Part shown: piece after piece, positions 48,691 through 57,273 of the stretch
How positions within the stretch are numbered: position 1 is the first letter of the stretch
Layout: the number at the start of each line of letters is the position of its first letter
DNA from: Candidatus Poriferisocius sp.
Lineage (GTDB): Bacteria; Actinomycetota; Acidimicrobiia; Acidimicrobiales; Bin134
Direction: 5' to 3'
Assembly: GCF_965219815.1 (NCBI RefSeq)
Contig: NZ_OZ244791.1
Location: forward strand, 3,500,491-3,564,490
Length of the DNA stretch: 64,000 bases
The notes under the pieces: model-generated
The model's input: the letters and a program-made list of their open reading frames with translations, nothing else
The model's database searches: none
What the model was told of the DNA's origin: nothing
Program-made: the position numbers and the translations under genes

Positions 48691-48932
48691 CTTCTAAGAC
48701 AACCATCAACTTCGATGACGAGATGGAAGCAGCACTCGCCGAACTGGTGGCATTGGACGGCACCAAGAAGCTGGCCATCAAGCGGTCTCTTCTCGCCGAG
48801 GTGAAGCGCCGCCGCAGCAGTCGCGCAATGCTCGACATGATCGCTTCGTGGGAGGCAGATGAAGGCCCCATCAGCTCCGAGCATCTCGAGTGGGCCGACG
48901 GCGTACTCGACCGACAGGGGGTGGATCGTTGA
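48687..48932 (+). CDS. type II antitoxin (VapB-like)
   Basis: 81 aa. The N-terminus KTTINFDDEMEAALAEL resembles VapB-type antitoxins. Its stop overlaps the toxin start. Confidence 0.7.
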   Translation: MASKTTINFDDEMEAALAELVALDGTKKLAIKRSLLAEVKRRRSSRAMLDMIASWEADEGPISSEHLEWADGVLDRQGVDR

Positions 48933-49282
48933 TCGTTGACGCTGGTCCGCTGATCCTCGATAGCGAAAAACTTAACTCCCGACTGTGGGCTCTAATCAAG
49001 CGGGCCGCTGAGCGCGGTGACGATCTACACACGACCCATCCGGTGCTCGCTCAGGTTTGGCGAGAGCCCGCGAAACAAGCGAACTTGGCCCGCGCGCTGC
49101 GCTACTTCTCTATCCACCCTTTCGACGAGTCGGTGGGCGTGGGACTCAGGCTTGCCGACTCCGGTACCTCAGATGTGGTTGACGCCCACCTCGCCGTGGT
49201 CGCAGAGGGCTTGGGCACATTCATCCTCACCACAGACCACGATGACATGTCAAGACTCAACGCCCGCTTCGAGCGCTACTGA
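48929..49282 (+). CDS. PIN-domain toxin (VapC-like)
   Basis: The TTG at 48929 overlaps the antitoxin stop as TTGA. Acidic PIN residues are present in IVDAGPL, VVDAHL and LTTDHDD. Confidence 0.72.
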   Translation: MIVDAGPLILDSEKLNSRLWALIKRAAERGDDLHTTHPVLAQVWREPAKQANLARALRYFSIHPFDESVGVGLRLADSGTSDVVDAHLAVVAEGLGTFILTTDHDDMSRLNARFERY

Positions 49283-49315
49283 CGGACGGAGTTGACAAAC
49301 CCTCACCAGTGGTGC

Positions 49316-49597
49316 TCAAAGAGTTCCACCCTCGCCGATCTCTTTGAGGGCGTCGCCGATGGCGGCTTGGAGGCGGCGGGCCAGGGGTGGGGACAGGTGG
49401 GCCACTAGGCCATAGCCGGCTTGGCCTACCTCTTCCACGGTGAGCACCACCCGGGGAGTGGCGTCTTCGTAGTCGTCGGCGATGGCCACCGCCCACGACA
49501 CCGGGGAGAACTCGTCGTCGTCGCCGGGCGGGAGGTCGGCCGGGTCGAAGGGGTAATCGTCAATAGACCGGCGCACCGCATGGATGGTACCGGCCAA
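49316..49597 (-). CDS. hypothetical acidic protein (93 aa)
   Basis: ORF with GC-rich third positions, divergent from hemE. I recognise no motif. Confidence 0.45.
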   Translation of the reverse strand: MAGTIHAVRRSIDDYPFDPADLPPGDDDEFSPVSWAVAIADDYEDATPRVVLTVEEVGQAGYGLVAHLSPPLARRLQAAIGDALKEIGEGGTL

Positions 49598-49621
49598 CCC
49601 ATATGTCAGTACCGTTTATGC

Positions 49622-50674
49622 GTGGCTGCCGGTTCCTCCATCGCCAATGACGCCTTTTTGCGGGCGTGTCGCGGGCTGCCGGTGGAGCGGGTGCCGGTGT
49701 GGTTCATGCGCCAGGCGGGGCGATCGTTGCCTGAGTACCGGGCCATCCGGGGGGAGGGCTCGATGCTGGACACCATCGCTCGTCCCGAGGTGGCCACCGA
49801 AATCACCCTTCAACCGGTGCGCCGCTATGGGGTGGACGCGGCCATCTTGTACTCCGACATCGTGGTTCCCACTCATGCCATCGGGTTCGGCGTCGACATC
49901 GTGCCCGGGGTGGGGCCGGTTGTGGAGCATCCGTTCCGCGAGGCCCGCGACCTGGATCGGCTGCGCCCGCTCGATCCCGACGCCGACACCCCGTATGTGC
50001 TGGAAACGGTGCGCAACCTGGTGGCGGAGCTCGACGTCCCGTTGATCGCCTTCGCCGGGGCGCCGTTTACCATGGCTTCCTATTTGGTGGAGGGAGGGCC
50101 GTCTCGCACCCACGCCCTCACCAAGCGGTTCATGCACAGCGAACCCGACCTGTGGGCCGCGCTGATGGACCGATTGGCCGATCTGGCTATTGCGTCCATT
50201 GGCTCGCAGCTCGATGCCGGCGCTGCGGCGTTCCAATTGTTCGATTCCTGGGCCGGTGCGCTGGCCCCCGATGAATACCGGCAGTTCGTGCTGCCAGCCA
50301 GCCAGCGAGTGTTCGCCGAGTTGGGCAACCGGGGCGATGGGGTGCCGGGCATCCACTTCGGGGTGGGCACCGGCGAGCTGCTGGAACTGTTGGCCAAAGC
50401 TGGGGCCGATGTAGTGGGGGTGGACTGGCGGGTTCACCTGGACGACGCTCGGGAGCGACTCGGACCCGATGTGGCCGTGCAGGGCAACTTGGATCCCGCC
50501 GCGGTGCTGGCCCCGTGGCCGGTGGTGGCCGACCGGGCCACCGACGTGCTGGATCGCAACGCCGGACAGCCGGGTCACGTGTTCAACCTGGGCCACGGCG
50601 TACTGCCCGAAACCGATCCCGAGACGCTGGAACAAGTGGTGGAGTTGGTCCACAGATACAAGGCCTTGCCGTGA
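49622..50674 (+). CDS. hemE: uroporphyrinogen decarboxylase
   Basis: Contains PVWFMRQAGRSLPEYR, the canonical HemE N-terminal motif. GTG 49622 is chosen because the tracked ORF start at 49421 overlaps the divergent gene. Confidence 0.92.
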   Translation: MAAGSSIANDAFLRACRGLPVERVPVWFMRQAGRSLPEYRAIRGEGSMLDTIARPEVATEITLQPVRRYGVDAAILYSDIVVPTHAIGFGVDIVPGVGPVVEHPFREARDLDRLRPLDPDADTPYVLETVRNLVAELDVPLIAFAGAPFTMASYLVEGGPSRTHALTKRFMHSEPDLWAALMDRLADLAIASIGSQLDAGAAAFQLFDSWAGALAPDEYRQFVLPASQRVFAELGNRGDGVPGIHFGVGTGELLELLAKAGADVVGVDWRVHLDDARERLGPDVAVQGNLDPAAVLAPWPVVADRATDVLDRNAGQPGHVFNLGHGVLPETDPETLEQVVELVHRYKALP

Positions 50675-50731
50675 AGGACCCAGGAGGAGAAGCGGCACCC
50701 CAGGACATGGCCGCGCCATGAGGGTGTCTCT

Positions 50732-52066
50732 GTGAAAGTTGCCGTTGTCGGGGCGGGGATCACCGGGTTGGCCGCAGGCTACGAGGCGGCCAAGGCCGGC
50801 GCCGAGGTGGTGGTATATGAGGCAGCCGAGCGGGCGGGGGGGCGAATTCTCACCTCTGAGCTGGCTGGGCAGCCGGTGGATGAAGGAGCAGATGCGTTCT
50901 TGGCCCGGGTGCCGTGGGCGGTGGATCTCTGCCAGGAGCTGGGCTTGGCCGCCGATCTGGTGTCGCCGGCCCAGCGGGCGGCGTTCGTGTATTCCCGAGG
51001 AGCGCTGCGGGCAGTGCCCCAGCCCAACGTGCTGGGGGTGCCATTGGACTTCGACACTTTGGCCGCCTCCGGGATCGTGTCGGCCGATGGAGTGGACCGC
51101 GCCCGCCAAGAGCCCGATTTGGCTGGGTCGCCGTTGGCAGAAGACGAGTCGGTTGGCGGGCTGGTGCGGCGCCGGTTGGGCGACGAGGTGGCCGACCGGT
51201 TGGTGGATCCGCTGATCGGGGGCATCAACGCCTCTTCAATCGACGACTTGAGCGTGAGGGCGGCCGTGCCCCAGTTGGCCGAAGCCGCGGCTCGGGGCCC
51301 CAGCTTGGTGCGGGAGATGCGTCGGCTGGCCGCGTCGTCAACCGCCGACCCAGACGCGCCGGTGTTCTACTCCCTGCCCGACGGTGTGGGGCGATTGACC
51401 GATGAATTGGCCAGACGATTAGAGCAACGGCTGCGGCTGTCGTCCCCGGTGGTCGACCTGAGCGAGTTGGACGCCGACCAGATGATCGTGACCCTCCCGG
51501 CAGGAGCGGCTAGCGCGCTGGTAGCCCCGGTATCGGCAACCGCGGCCGATCTATTGCACAGCATCGACTACGCGTCGGTGGTGCTGGTGTCGCTGGCGTT
51601 TGACACCGCCGATGTCGATCACCCCATGGCGGGCTCGGGCTATCTGGTGCCCGCGGTTGAGGGCCGGACCATCACCGCCTGCTCGTGGGCATCGAGCAAG
51701 TGGTCTCACGTCGGGACGGCTGACACGGTTGTACTGCGGGTGTCGGCTGGACGGTTTGGCGACGACCGGGCACTGGCCCTCGACGACGACGCCCTGCTGG
51801 AGGCAGTGGTGGACGACCTGTCCCTCACCATGGGTCTGGATGCCGAGCCCCACGCGGTGAGAATCAGCCGTTGGGAGCGGTCTCTGCCCCAGTTCCGGCC
51901 CGGCCACCTGGAACTCGTGGCCGACATCGAGCGGGCGCTGAGCCAAGACGCCCCCTGGTTGCGGGTGACCGGGGCTTGGGCTCGAGGCTTGGGGATTCCG
52001 GCTTGCATCAACCAAGGGCGACAGGCAGCTCGGGCCAGTGTGTCCGACGGCGCGGTCGCCCGATGA
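50732..52066 (+). CDS. hemY: protoporphyrinogen/coproporphyrinogen III oxidase (HemY/CgoX type, FAD)
   Basis: Contains the KVAVVGAGITGLAAGY dinucleotide fold; 444 aa, located after hemE. Confidence 0.88.
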   Translation: MKVAVVGAGITGLAAGYEAAKAGAEVVVYEAAERAGGRILTSELAGQPVDEGADAFLARVPWAVDLCQELGLAADLVSPAQRAAFVYSRGALRAVPQPNVLGVPLDFDTLAASGIVSADGVDRARQEPDLAGSPLAEDESVGGLVRRRLGDEVADRLVDPLIGGINASSIDDLSVRAAVPQLAEAAARGPSLVREMRRLAASSTADPDAPVFYSLPDGVGRLTDELARRLEQRLRLSSPVVDLSELDADQMIVTLPAGAASALVAPVSATAADLLHSIDYASVVLVSLAFDTADVDHPMAGSGYLVPAVEGRTITACSWASSKWSHVGTADTVVLRVSAGRFGDDRALALDDDALLEAVVDDLSLTMGLDAEPHAVRISRWERSLPQFRPGHLELVADIERALSQDAPWLRVTGAWARGLGIPACINQGRQAARASVSDGAVAR

Positions 52067-52092
52067 GCAGCCGATGAGCAGCCGATGAGCAG
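52060..52092. repeat. 11-bp tandem repeat CCGATGAGCAG x3 spanning the hemY stop and the lnt start
   Basis: Read directly. The units are at 52060, 52071 and 52082, and each carries an overlapping ATG/TGA. Confidence 0.9.
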
Positions 52093-53569
52093 CCCGCGAC
52101 TTGCTGTGTGGGTTCGCACCAGCGGGTGGACCGCGGCGGGCTCCCTGGCGGCGGGCGGGCTGGTAGCGCTGTCGATGCCTCCGTGGGGATGGTGGCCGCT
52201 GGCTTTGGTGGGATTGCTGGTATTCGAGCGCCTCATTGCCGACCAGCCGATTTGGGCCCGGGCGTGGCGGGGGTTTGGATTCGGGGCGGGCTGGCTGTTC
52301 CCGGCCACGCTCTGGATGGTCGACTTCACCCTGCCCGGCTATCTGGCGGTGTGTGTGGTGTTCTCCGCGCTATACGGCCTCGCCGGGGCGGCTTGTCCGC
52401 CGGGGCGCAGCCGATGGCTGGCGCTACCCGGCCTGTTTGTGCTGGCCGGAGCGATTCGCTGGCGGTGGCCGTTTGGGGGGGTGCCGCTGGCCACCCTGCC
52501 CATGAGCCAGGTGGATACTCCGTGGGCCACCACTGTGCGGGTGCTCGGACCGTTGCTGCTGGTGGGGGTGTGTGCGGCCATCGCCATGGTGCTGGCTGCC
52601 GCGCTCGATCGCCGCTGGCAGGCGGCAATGGCCTTGGCAGTGGTGGTGCTGGGGTTTTGGGGCTGGGCGGCTCTGGCCCCCCGGGGCTCGGCCACCGGCA
52701 CCATCGACGTGGCGGTGGTGCAGGGAGGCGGGCCACAGCGGACCCGGGCGGTCAACACTGAGCCTGGGGTGGTGTTCGCGCGGCACCTCGAGGCCAGCCA
52801 ACTGGTGCGGCAGCCGGTGGACTTGGTGGTGTGGCCCGAAGACGTGGTGGACGTGCATGGCCTGTTCGCCAACAGCCGGGAGCGCCTGCGGCTGGCTGAG
52901 CTGGCCCGCGAGCTCAACACCACGCTGGTGGCCGGAGTGGTTGAGGACGTGTCGGACACCGAAGCGGCCAATTTCGCCGCGGTGTTCGCCCCCGACGGCA
53001 CCCAGGTGGACCGTTACGACAAGGTCCGACTGGTGCCGTTCGGGGAGTACGTGCCGCTGCGGTCGTTGATCGAGCCGCTGGCCCCCGACTATCTGCCAGC
53101 CCGAGACATGCGCCGAGGTGACACCCCCGCAGTGGTGGACACCCCCGTGGGCCGCCTCGGGGTGTCCATTAGCTGGGAGATCTTCTTCGAGGATCGGGCC
53201 CGAGACGCCATCGGCAACGGCGGCGAAGTGCTGTTGAACCCCACCAACGGGGCCAGCTATTGGCTCACCATCGTGCAGACCCAGCAAATCGCCAGCTCCC
53301 GGCTGCGGGCTTTGGAGACCGGCCGCTGGGTAGTGCAGTCGGCCCCCACCGGGTTCAGCGCCTTCGTCGACCCCGACGGCAACGTCTACCAGCGCACCGC
53401 CGTCTCCGAGCGCAAGGTCATACAAGCCGAAATCGAGCTCCGCTCCGGCCAAACCCTCGCCACTCGAGCCGGCCCTTGGCCCATGTTCGCCCTCGCCCTA
53501 GCTGCCCTGCTGGCGGCCTGGATAGCTCACTCAAGGACCACCACCCCTCCCCGCCGCCAATCCCGCTGA
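52085..53569 (+). CDS. lnt: apolipoprotein N-acyltransferase homolog (Ser at the position of the nitrilase-fold catalytic Cys)
   Basis: Multi-TM N-terminal half plus a CN-hydrolase domain. VVWPEDVV supplies the Glu, YDKVRLVPFGEYVP the Lys, and the nucleophile position reads GVSISWEIFF (AGC Ser at 53171-53173). Confidence 0.82.
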   Translation: MSSPRLAVWVRTSGWTAAGSLAAGGLVALSMPPWGWWPLALVGLLVFERLIADQPIWARAWRGFGFGAGWLFPATLWMVDFTLPGYLAVCVVFSALYGLAGAACPPGRSRWLALPGLFVLAGAIRWRWPFGGVPLATLPMSQVDTPWATTVRVLGPLLLVGVCAAIAMVLAAALDRRWQAAMALAVVVLGFWGWAALAPRGSATGTIDVAVVQGGGPQRTRAVNTEPGVVFARHLEASQLVRQPVDLVVWPEDVVDVHGLFANSRERLRLAELARELNTTLVAGVVEDVSDTEAANFAAVFAPDGTQVDRYDKVRLVPFGEYVPLRSLIEPLAPDYLPARDMRRGDTPAVVDTPVGRLGVSISWEIFFEDRARDAIGNGGEVLLNPTNGASYWLTIVQTQQIASSRLRALETGRWVVQSAPTGFSAFVDPDGNVYQRTAVSERKVIQAEIELRSGQTLATRAGPWPMFALALAALLAAWIAHSRTTTPPRRQSR

Positions 53570-54007
53570 TCAGACCTCCACCATTAGGGTGACGGGGCCG
53601 TCATTGATCAACTCGACGGCCATCATTGCGCCGAAGGAGCCGGTGGCGACGGTGGCGCCCAGGTTGCGGAGTTCGACAACGAGGTCGTCGACCAGGACAG
53701 CGGCTTGGTCGGGGGCGGCGGCACCGAGGAATGAGGGGCGGCGGCCCCGGCTGATGTCGCCGTAGAGGGTGAACTGGCTCACCACCAGCAGCTCGCCGCT
53801 GGTGTCGGCCACCGACAGGTTCATGTGCCCGTTCTCGTCGGTGAAGATGCGCAAGTTCCACAGTTTGCCGGCCATCTTCTTCACCGTGTCGGCGTCGTCA
53901 TCGTGGGTCACGCCCACCAGACAGCACAGCCCAGGACCGATCTCCCCGATCACTTCGCCGTCTACCCGAACCCGGGCCTCGGCGGCCCGCTGCACCAGCG
54001 CTCGCAC
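53570..54007 (-). CDS. dtd: D-aminoacyl-tRNA deacylase
   Basis: Contains (M)RALVQRAAEARV...VSQFTLYGD...GRRPSF motifs; 145 aa from GTG 54007. The long 5' extension of the tracked ORF is rejected. Confidence 0.92.
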   Translation of the reverse strand: MRALVQRAAEARVRVDGEVIGEIGPGLCCLVGVTHDDDADTVKKMAGKLWNLRIFTDENGHMNLSVADTSGELLVVSQFTLYGDISRGRRPSFLGAAAPDQAAVLVDDLVVELRNLGATVATGSFGAMMAVELINDGPVTLMVEV

Positions 54008-54082
54008 AGGGCCAAGATAGCGGTCAGTCGGAGCATCTGAGCATTTGCCAAACCCACCGAATTCCGAAAGCCTTGTGGGGCT

Positions 54083-55348
54083 ATGGTCTCGGCGGATCGC
54101 CCGCTCAAAATCGCCCTTTTGTCGTACCGGGGCAAGCCCCACTGCGGTGGACAGGGGGTGTACGTCCACCATCTCAGCCGGGCACTGACCGACCTCGGCC
54201 ACCACGTGGAGGTGCTGAGCGGACAGCCCTATCCGGTGCTCGATGAGCGGGTGCCGCTGCACGAGCTCCCCAGCCTGGACATCTTCAACGATGCCCATCC
54301 GGGGCGGATGCCGGGGTTCTGGGAGATCAAGACGTGGGCCGACGCCGCCGAGGTGGGTTCGTTCATGACCGGTGCCTTCTCGGAGCCGCTGGCCTTCTCC
54401 ATCCGGGCGTGGCAGATGCTGCGCTCCCGAGTGGGGGATTTCGACCTGGTACACGACAACCAGTCGCTGGGCTACGGGCTGCTGGCCATGGAACGCGATG
54501 GCTTGCCGGTGCTGGGCACCATCCACCACCCCATCACCGTCGACCGCCAACTGGAGCTCGAACACGCCCGTAGCCCGATAGAGCGGCTGGGCAAGCGGCG
54601 CTGGTACTCCTTCACCCGGATGCAGGCCCGGGTGGCCCGGCGCCTCCGGCGCATCATCACCGTTTCGGAGTCGTCGCGCGACGACATCACCCGAGACCAA
54701 AAGGTGCCCCGCCGCCTGATGCACGTGGTTCCGGTGGGGGTGGACCCCGAGCAGTTCCGCCCGCTGCCCGGCGTAGACCGCAAGCCCGAGCAGATCATCA
54801 CCACCGCCAGCGCCGATGTGCCCATGAAGGGCCTGCGCTACCTGTTGGAGGCAGTGGCCAAGCTGCGCACCGAGCGGGACGTTCGCCTGATCGTCATCGG
54901 CAAGCCCCGCGAGGGGGGCACCTCAGCCGAAGCCATCCACAATCTGGGCCTGAGCCAGGTGGTGGAGTTCATCTCCGGGGTGCCCGACGAGCGCATCGTG
55001 GAGCTGTATGCCACCAGCTCGGTGGCGGTGGTGCCATCGCTGTACGAAGGGTTCTCGCTGCCGGCCATCGAGGCCATGTGCAGCGGCACGCCGCTGGTGG
55101 CCACCACGGGAGGAGCGCTGCCCGAAGTGGCCGGCCCCGACGGCGAAACGTGTGTGTCGGTGCCGCCCGGCGACAGCGAGGCGTTGGCCGCGGCGCTGAG
55201 CAGAGTGCTGGACAATCCCGAAATGGCCGCCCGCATCGGAGCGGCGGGACGGGAGCGGGTGATTGGCCGGTGGAGCTGGCGTCACACCGCCGACCAGACG
55301 GTGGAGCACTACCGGGCACTGCTCGACGAATGGCGGCCTGGCCGATAG
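54083..55348 (+). CDS. glycosyltransferase family 4 (GT-B)
   Basis: N-terminus GGQGVYVHHLSRAL and the C-terminal E-x7-E region (PSLYEGFSLPAIEAMCSGTPLVAT). Confidence 0.88.
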   Translation: MVSADRPLKIALLSYRGKPHCGGQGVYVHHLSRALTDLGHHVEVLSGQPYPVLDERVPLHELPSLDIFNDAHPGRMPGFWEIKTWADAAEVGSFMTGAFSEPLAFSIRAWQMLRSRVGDFDLVHDNQSLGYGLLAMERDGLPVLGTIHHPITVDRQLELEHARSPIERLGKRRWYSFTRMQARVARRLRRIITVSESSRDDITRDQKVPRRLMHVVPVGVDPEQFRPLPGVDRKPEQIITTASADVPMKGLRYLLEAVAKLRTERDVRLIVIGKPREGGTSAEAIHNLGLSQVVEFISGVPDERIVELYATSSVAVVPSLYEGFSLPAIEAMCSGTPLVATTGGALPEVAGPDGETCVSVPPGDSEALAAALSRVLDNPEMAARIGAAGRERVIGRWSWRHTADQTVEHYRALLDEWRPGR

Positions 55349-55381
55349 GCACGAATACTCTCGGCGATTTCCAGTTCGATC

Positions 55382-56134
55382 ATGCTGACCGTTGACTACA
55401 ACCGCTTGGGTCTGAAGCCAGGCGAACGGCTGCTCGATTTGGGATGCGGGTTTGGGCGTCATGCTTATGAGGCCGCCCGGCAGGGCGCCCATGTGGTGGC
55501 CTGTGATCTGGCGTCGGCCGAACTGTCCGAGGTTCGGGCCACGTTCGCGGCCATGTCGGATGCCGGAGAGCAGTACCAAGGAACGTGCCAAGCCGCCCAG
55601 GGTGATGCCACCCGGCTTCCGTTTCCCGACCAGTCGTTCGACCGGGTCATCGCCTCCGAGGTGCTGGAGCACGTGGACTCCGACGAACAGGCGCTGGCCG
55701 AGCTGACCCGGATTCTGCGCCCCGGCGGGGTGCTGGCGGTAACGGTTCCCACCTGGTTCCCCGAAAAAGTGTGCTGGGCGCTCTCGGATGAGTACCACGC
55801 CCCCAAGGCGGTGGGCGGCCATGTGCGGATTTACCGGCGCAGCGAACTCCGGCGTCGGCTCCGACAAGCAGGCCTGGCTCCCTATTCGGGCCATCACGCC
55901 CACGCGCTGCACAGCCCCTACTGGTGGCTGCGGTGCGCGGTGGGTCCCGACCGCGACTACCATCGGCTGGTGGCGGCTTATCGCCGGCTCTTGGAATGGG
56001 ATATTGTTCGCCAACCAAGAATCACCCGAATAGCCGAACGGGTCCTGAGTCCAGTGCTGGGCAAGAGCCTGGTTCTTTATAGCCGGAAGCCAGGATCACA
56101 GAGTTCAAGGGAGACCGAGCTTGTCGCCGTCTGA
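55382..56134 (+). CDS. class I SAM-dependent methyltransferase
   Basis: Contains LLDLGCGFGRH (motif I) and the RILRPGGVLAV post-I pattern. Confidence 0.85.
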   Translation: MLTVDYNRLGLKPGERLLDLGCGFGRHAYEAARQGAHVVACDLASAELSEVRATFAAMSDAGEQYQGTCQAAQGDATRLPFPDQSFDRVIASEVLEHVDSDEQALAELTRILRPGGVLAVTVPTWFPEKVCWALSDEYHAPKAVGGHVRIYRRSELRRRLRQAGLAPYSGHHAHALHSPYWWLRCAVGPDRDYHRLVAAYRRLLEWDIVRQPRITRIAERVLSPVLGKSLVLYSRKPGSQSSRETELVAV

Positions 56135-57239
56135 ACCCCACAACCACAGGGAGACCGAACTTGCCGATGCTGAGTCCCCTACCCTTGGAGGTAGCGATTC
56201 TGCTGGGCCTTGCGTGGCCGGCGTTTTGTCGGCAACCGAGCTAGAGCAAACCGCCGACAGCATCGCCGATTGGCAGTTGCCTAATGGCATGATCCCCTGG
56301 TTCCCCGGCGGCCATGCCGACCCGTGGAACCACGTGGAAGCCGCCATGGCCCTCACCGTGATGGGCCGTCGGGCCGAAGCCGAGCGGGCCTACCAGTGGT
56401 TGTCGGACCATCAACGGCCCGATGGCGCCTGGCATCAGTACTACGTGGCCGACGGCGTGGAGCAAGACAAGCTAGATGCCAACTGCGTGGCCTACGTGGC
56501 TGCCGGCGTGTGGCACCACTACCTGTGTACCGGCGACCGGAGCTTCTTAGAGTCGATGTGGCCGGTGGTGGAGCGGGCCGTGGACTTCGTGCTCGATTTG
56601 CAGCTCCCCCGTGGGGAGATCCGCTGGGCCCGCCACGCCGACGGCACGCCGTGGTCGTTCGCCCTGCTGACCGGTTCGTCCAGCATCTGCCACAGCCTGC
56701 GAGCCGCCATCGCCACCGGCGAGGAGTTGGGCCACGAGCGGCCCGACTGGGAACTGAGCGCGGCCCGGCTGGCCGATGTGATCCGAACTCAGCCCGATGC
56801 CTTCGCCCCCAAGCACCGCTGGGCCATGGATTGGTACTACCCCGTTCTGGCCGGCGTGGTCACCGGCCAGGAGGGTCGCACCATGCTGGCCTCTCGCTTC
56901 GACACCTTCGTGATGGACGGCCTCGGAGTGCGCTGCGTGTCGGACAGGCCCTGGGTCACCGCCGCGGAGACCTGCGAGAGCGTCATCGCCCATCTGGGCG
57001 TGGGGCGACGAGATGTCGCCGCCGAGATGTTCGAGTGGGTGCAAAACCTGCGAGCCGACGACGGCTCCTACTTCACCGGCATGGTCCATCCCGAGCGGGT
57101 CCACTTCCCCGCGGATGAGCGCACCTCTTACACCGCCGCCGCCGTCATCCTGGCCGCCGATGCCCTATCCGGCGCCTCCCCCGCCTCCACCCTCTTCTCC
57201 AACCACCGCACCCTCCCCGAACTAATCACCATCGGCTAA
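56121..57239 (+). CDS. prenyltransferase/squalene-cyclase-repeat-like (alpha/alpha toroid) protein
   Basis: Repeated Q/W-rich segments (DWQLPNGMIPWF, HQRPDGAWHQYY, LPRGEIRWARHADGTPW). It follows the GT4 and methyltransferase genes in an operon. The family call is tentative. Confidence 0.6.
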   Translation: MSPSEPHNHRETELADAESPTLGGSDSAGPCVAGVLSATELEQTADSIADWQLPNGMIPWFPGGHADPWNHVEAAMALTVMGRRAEAERAYQWLSDHQRPDGAWHQYYVADGVEQDKLDANCVAYVAAGVWHHYLCTGDRSFLESMWPVVERAVDFVLDLQLPRGEIRWARHADGTPWSFALLTGSSSICHSLRAAIATGEELGHERPDWELSAARLADVIRTQPDAFAPKHRWAMDWYYPVLAGVVTGQEGRTMLASRFDTFVMDGLGVRCVSDRPWVTAAETCESVIAHLGVGRRDVAAEMFEWVQNLRADDGSYFTGMVHPERVHFPADERTSYTAAAVILAADALSGASPASTLFSNHRTLPELITIG

Positions 57240-57273
57240 GGACGCCCCCGCGGAGCGTCGCTACCATCAGCCC

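Noticed and set aside
49616-51109. A 497-aa minus-strand ORF spanning hemE and hemY in antisense.
   Set aside because: It crosses an intergenic gap between two well-supported genes and has a His/Arg/Gly/Pro-rich composition. It is spurious.
53570-54724. The 384-aa form of the dtd ORF.
   Set aside because: Only the last 145 aa match Dtd. The upstream 240 aa run antisense through the GT4 glycosyltransferase and are low-complexity.
56107-56163. An imperfect 16-20-bp direct repeat, AGGGAGACCGA(G/A)CTTG, at 56108 and 56148. It encodes RETEL at the end of the methyltransferase and again near the start of the next protein, in a different frame.
   Set aside because: It is short and imperfect and lies at an overlapping gene junction. 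It is most simply a small local duplication or chance match with no evident function, and it is noted only for completeness.
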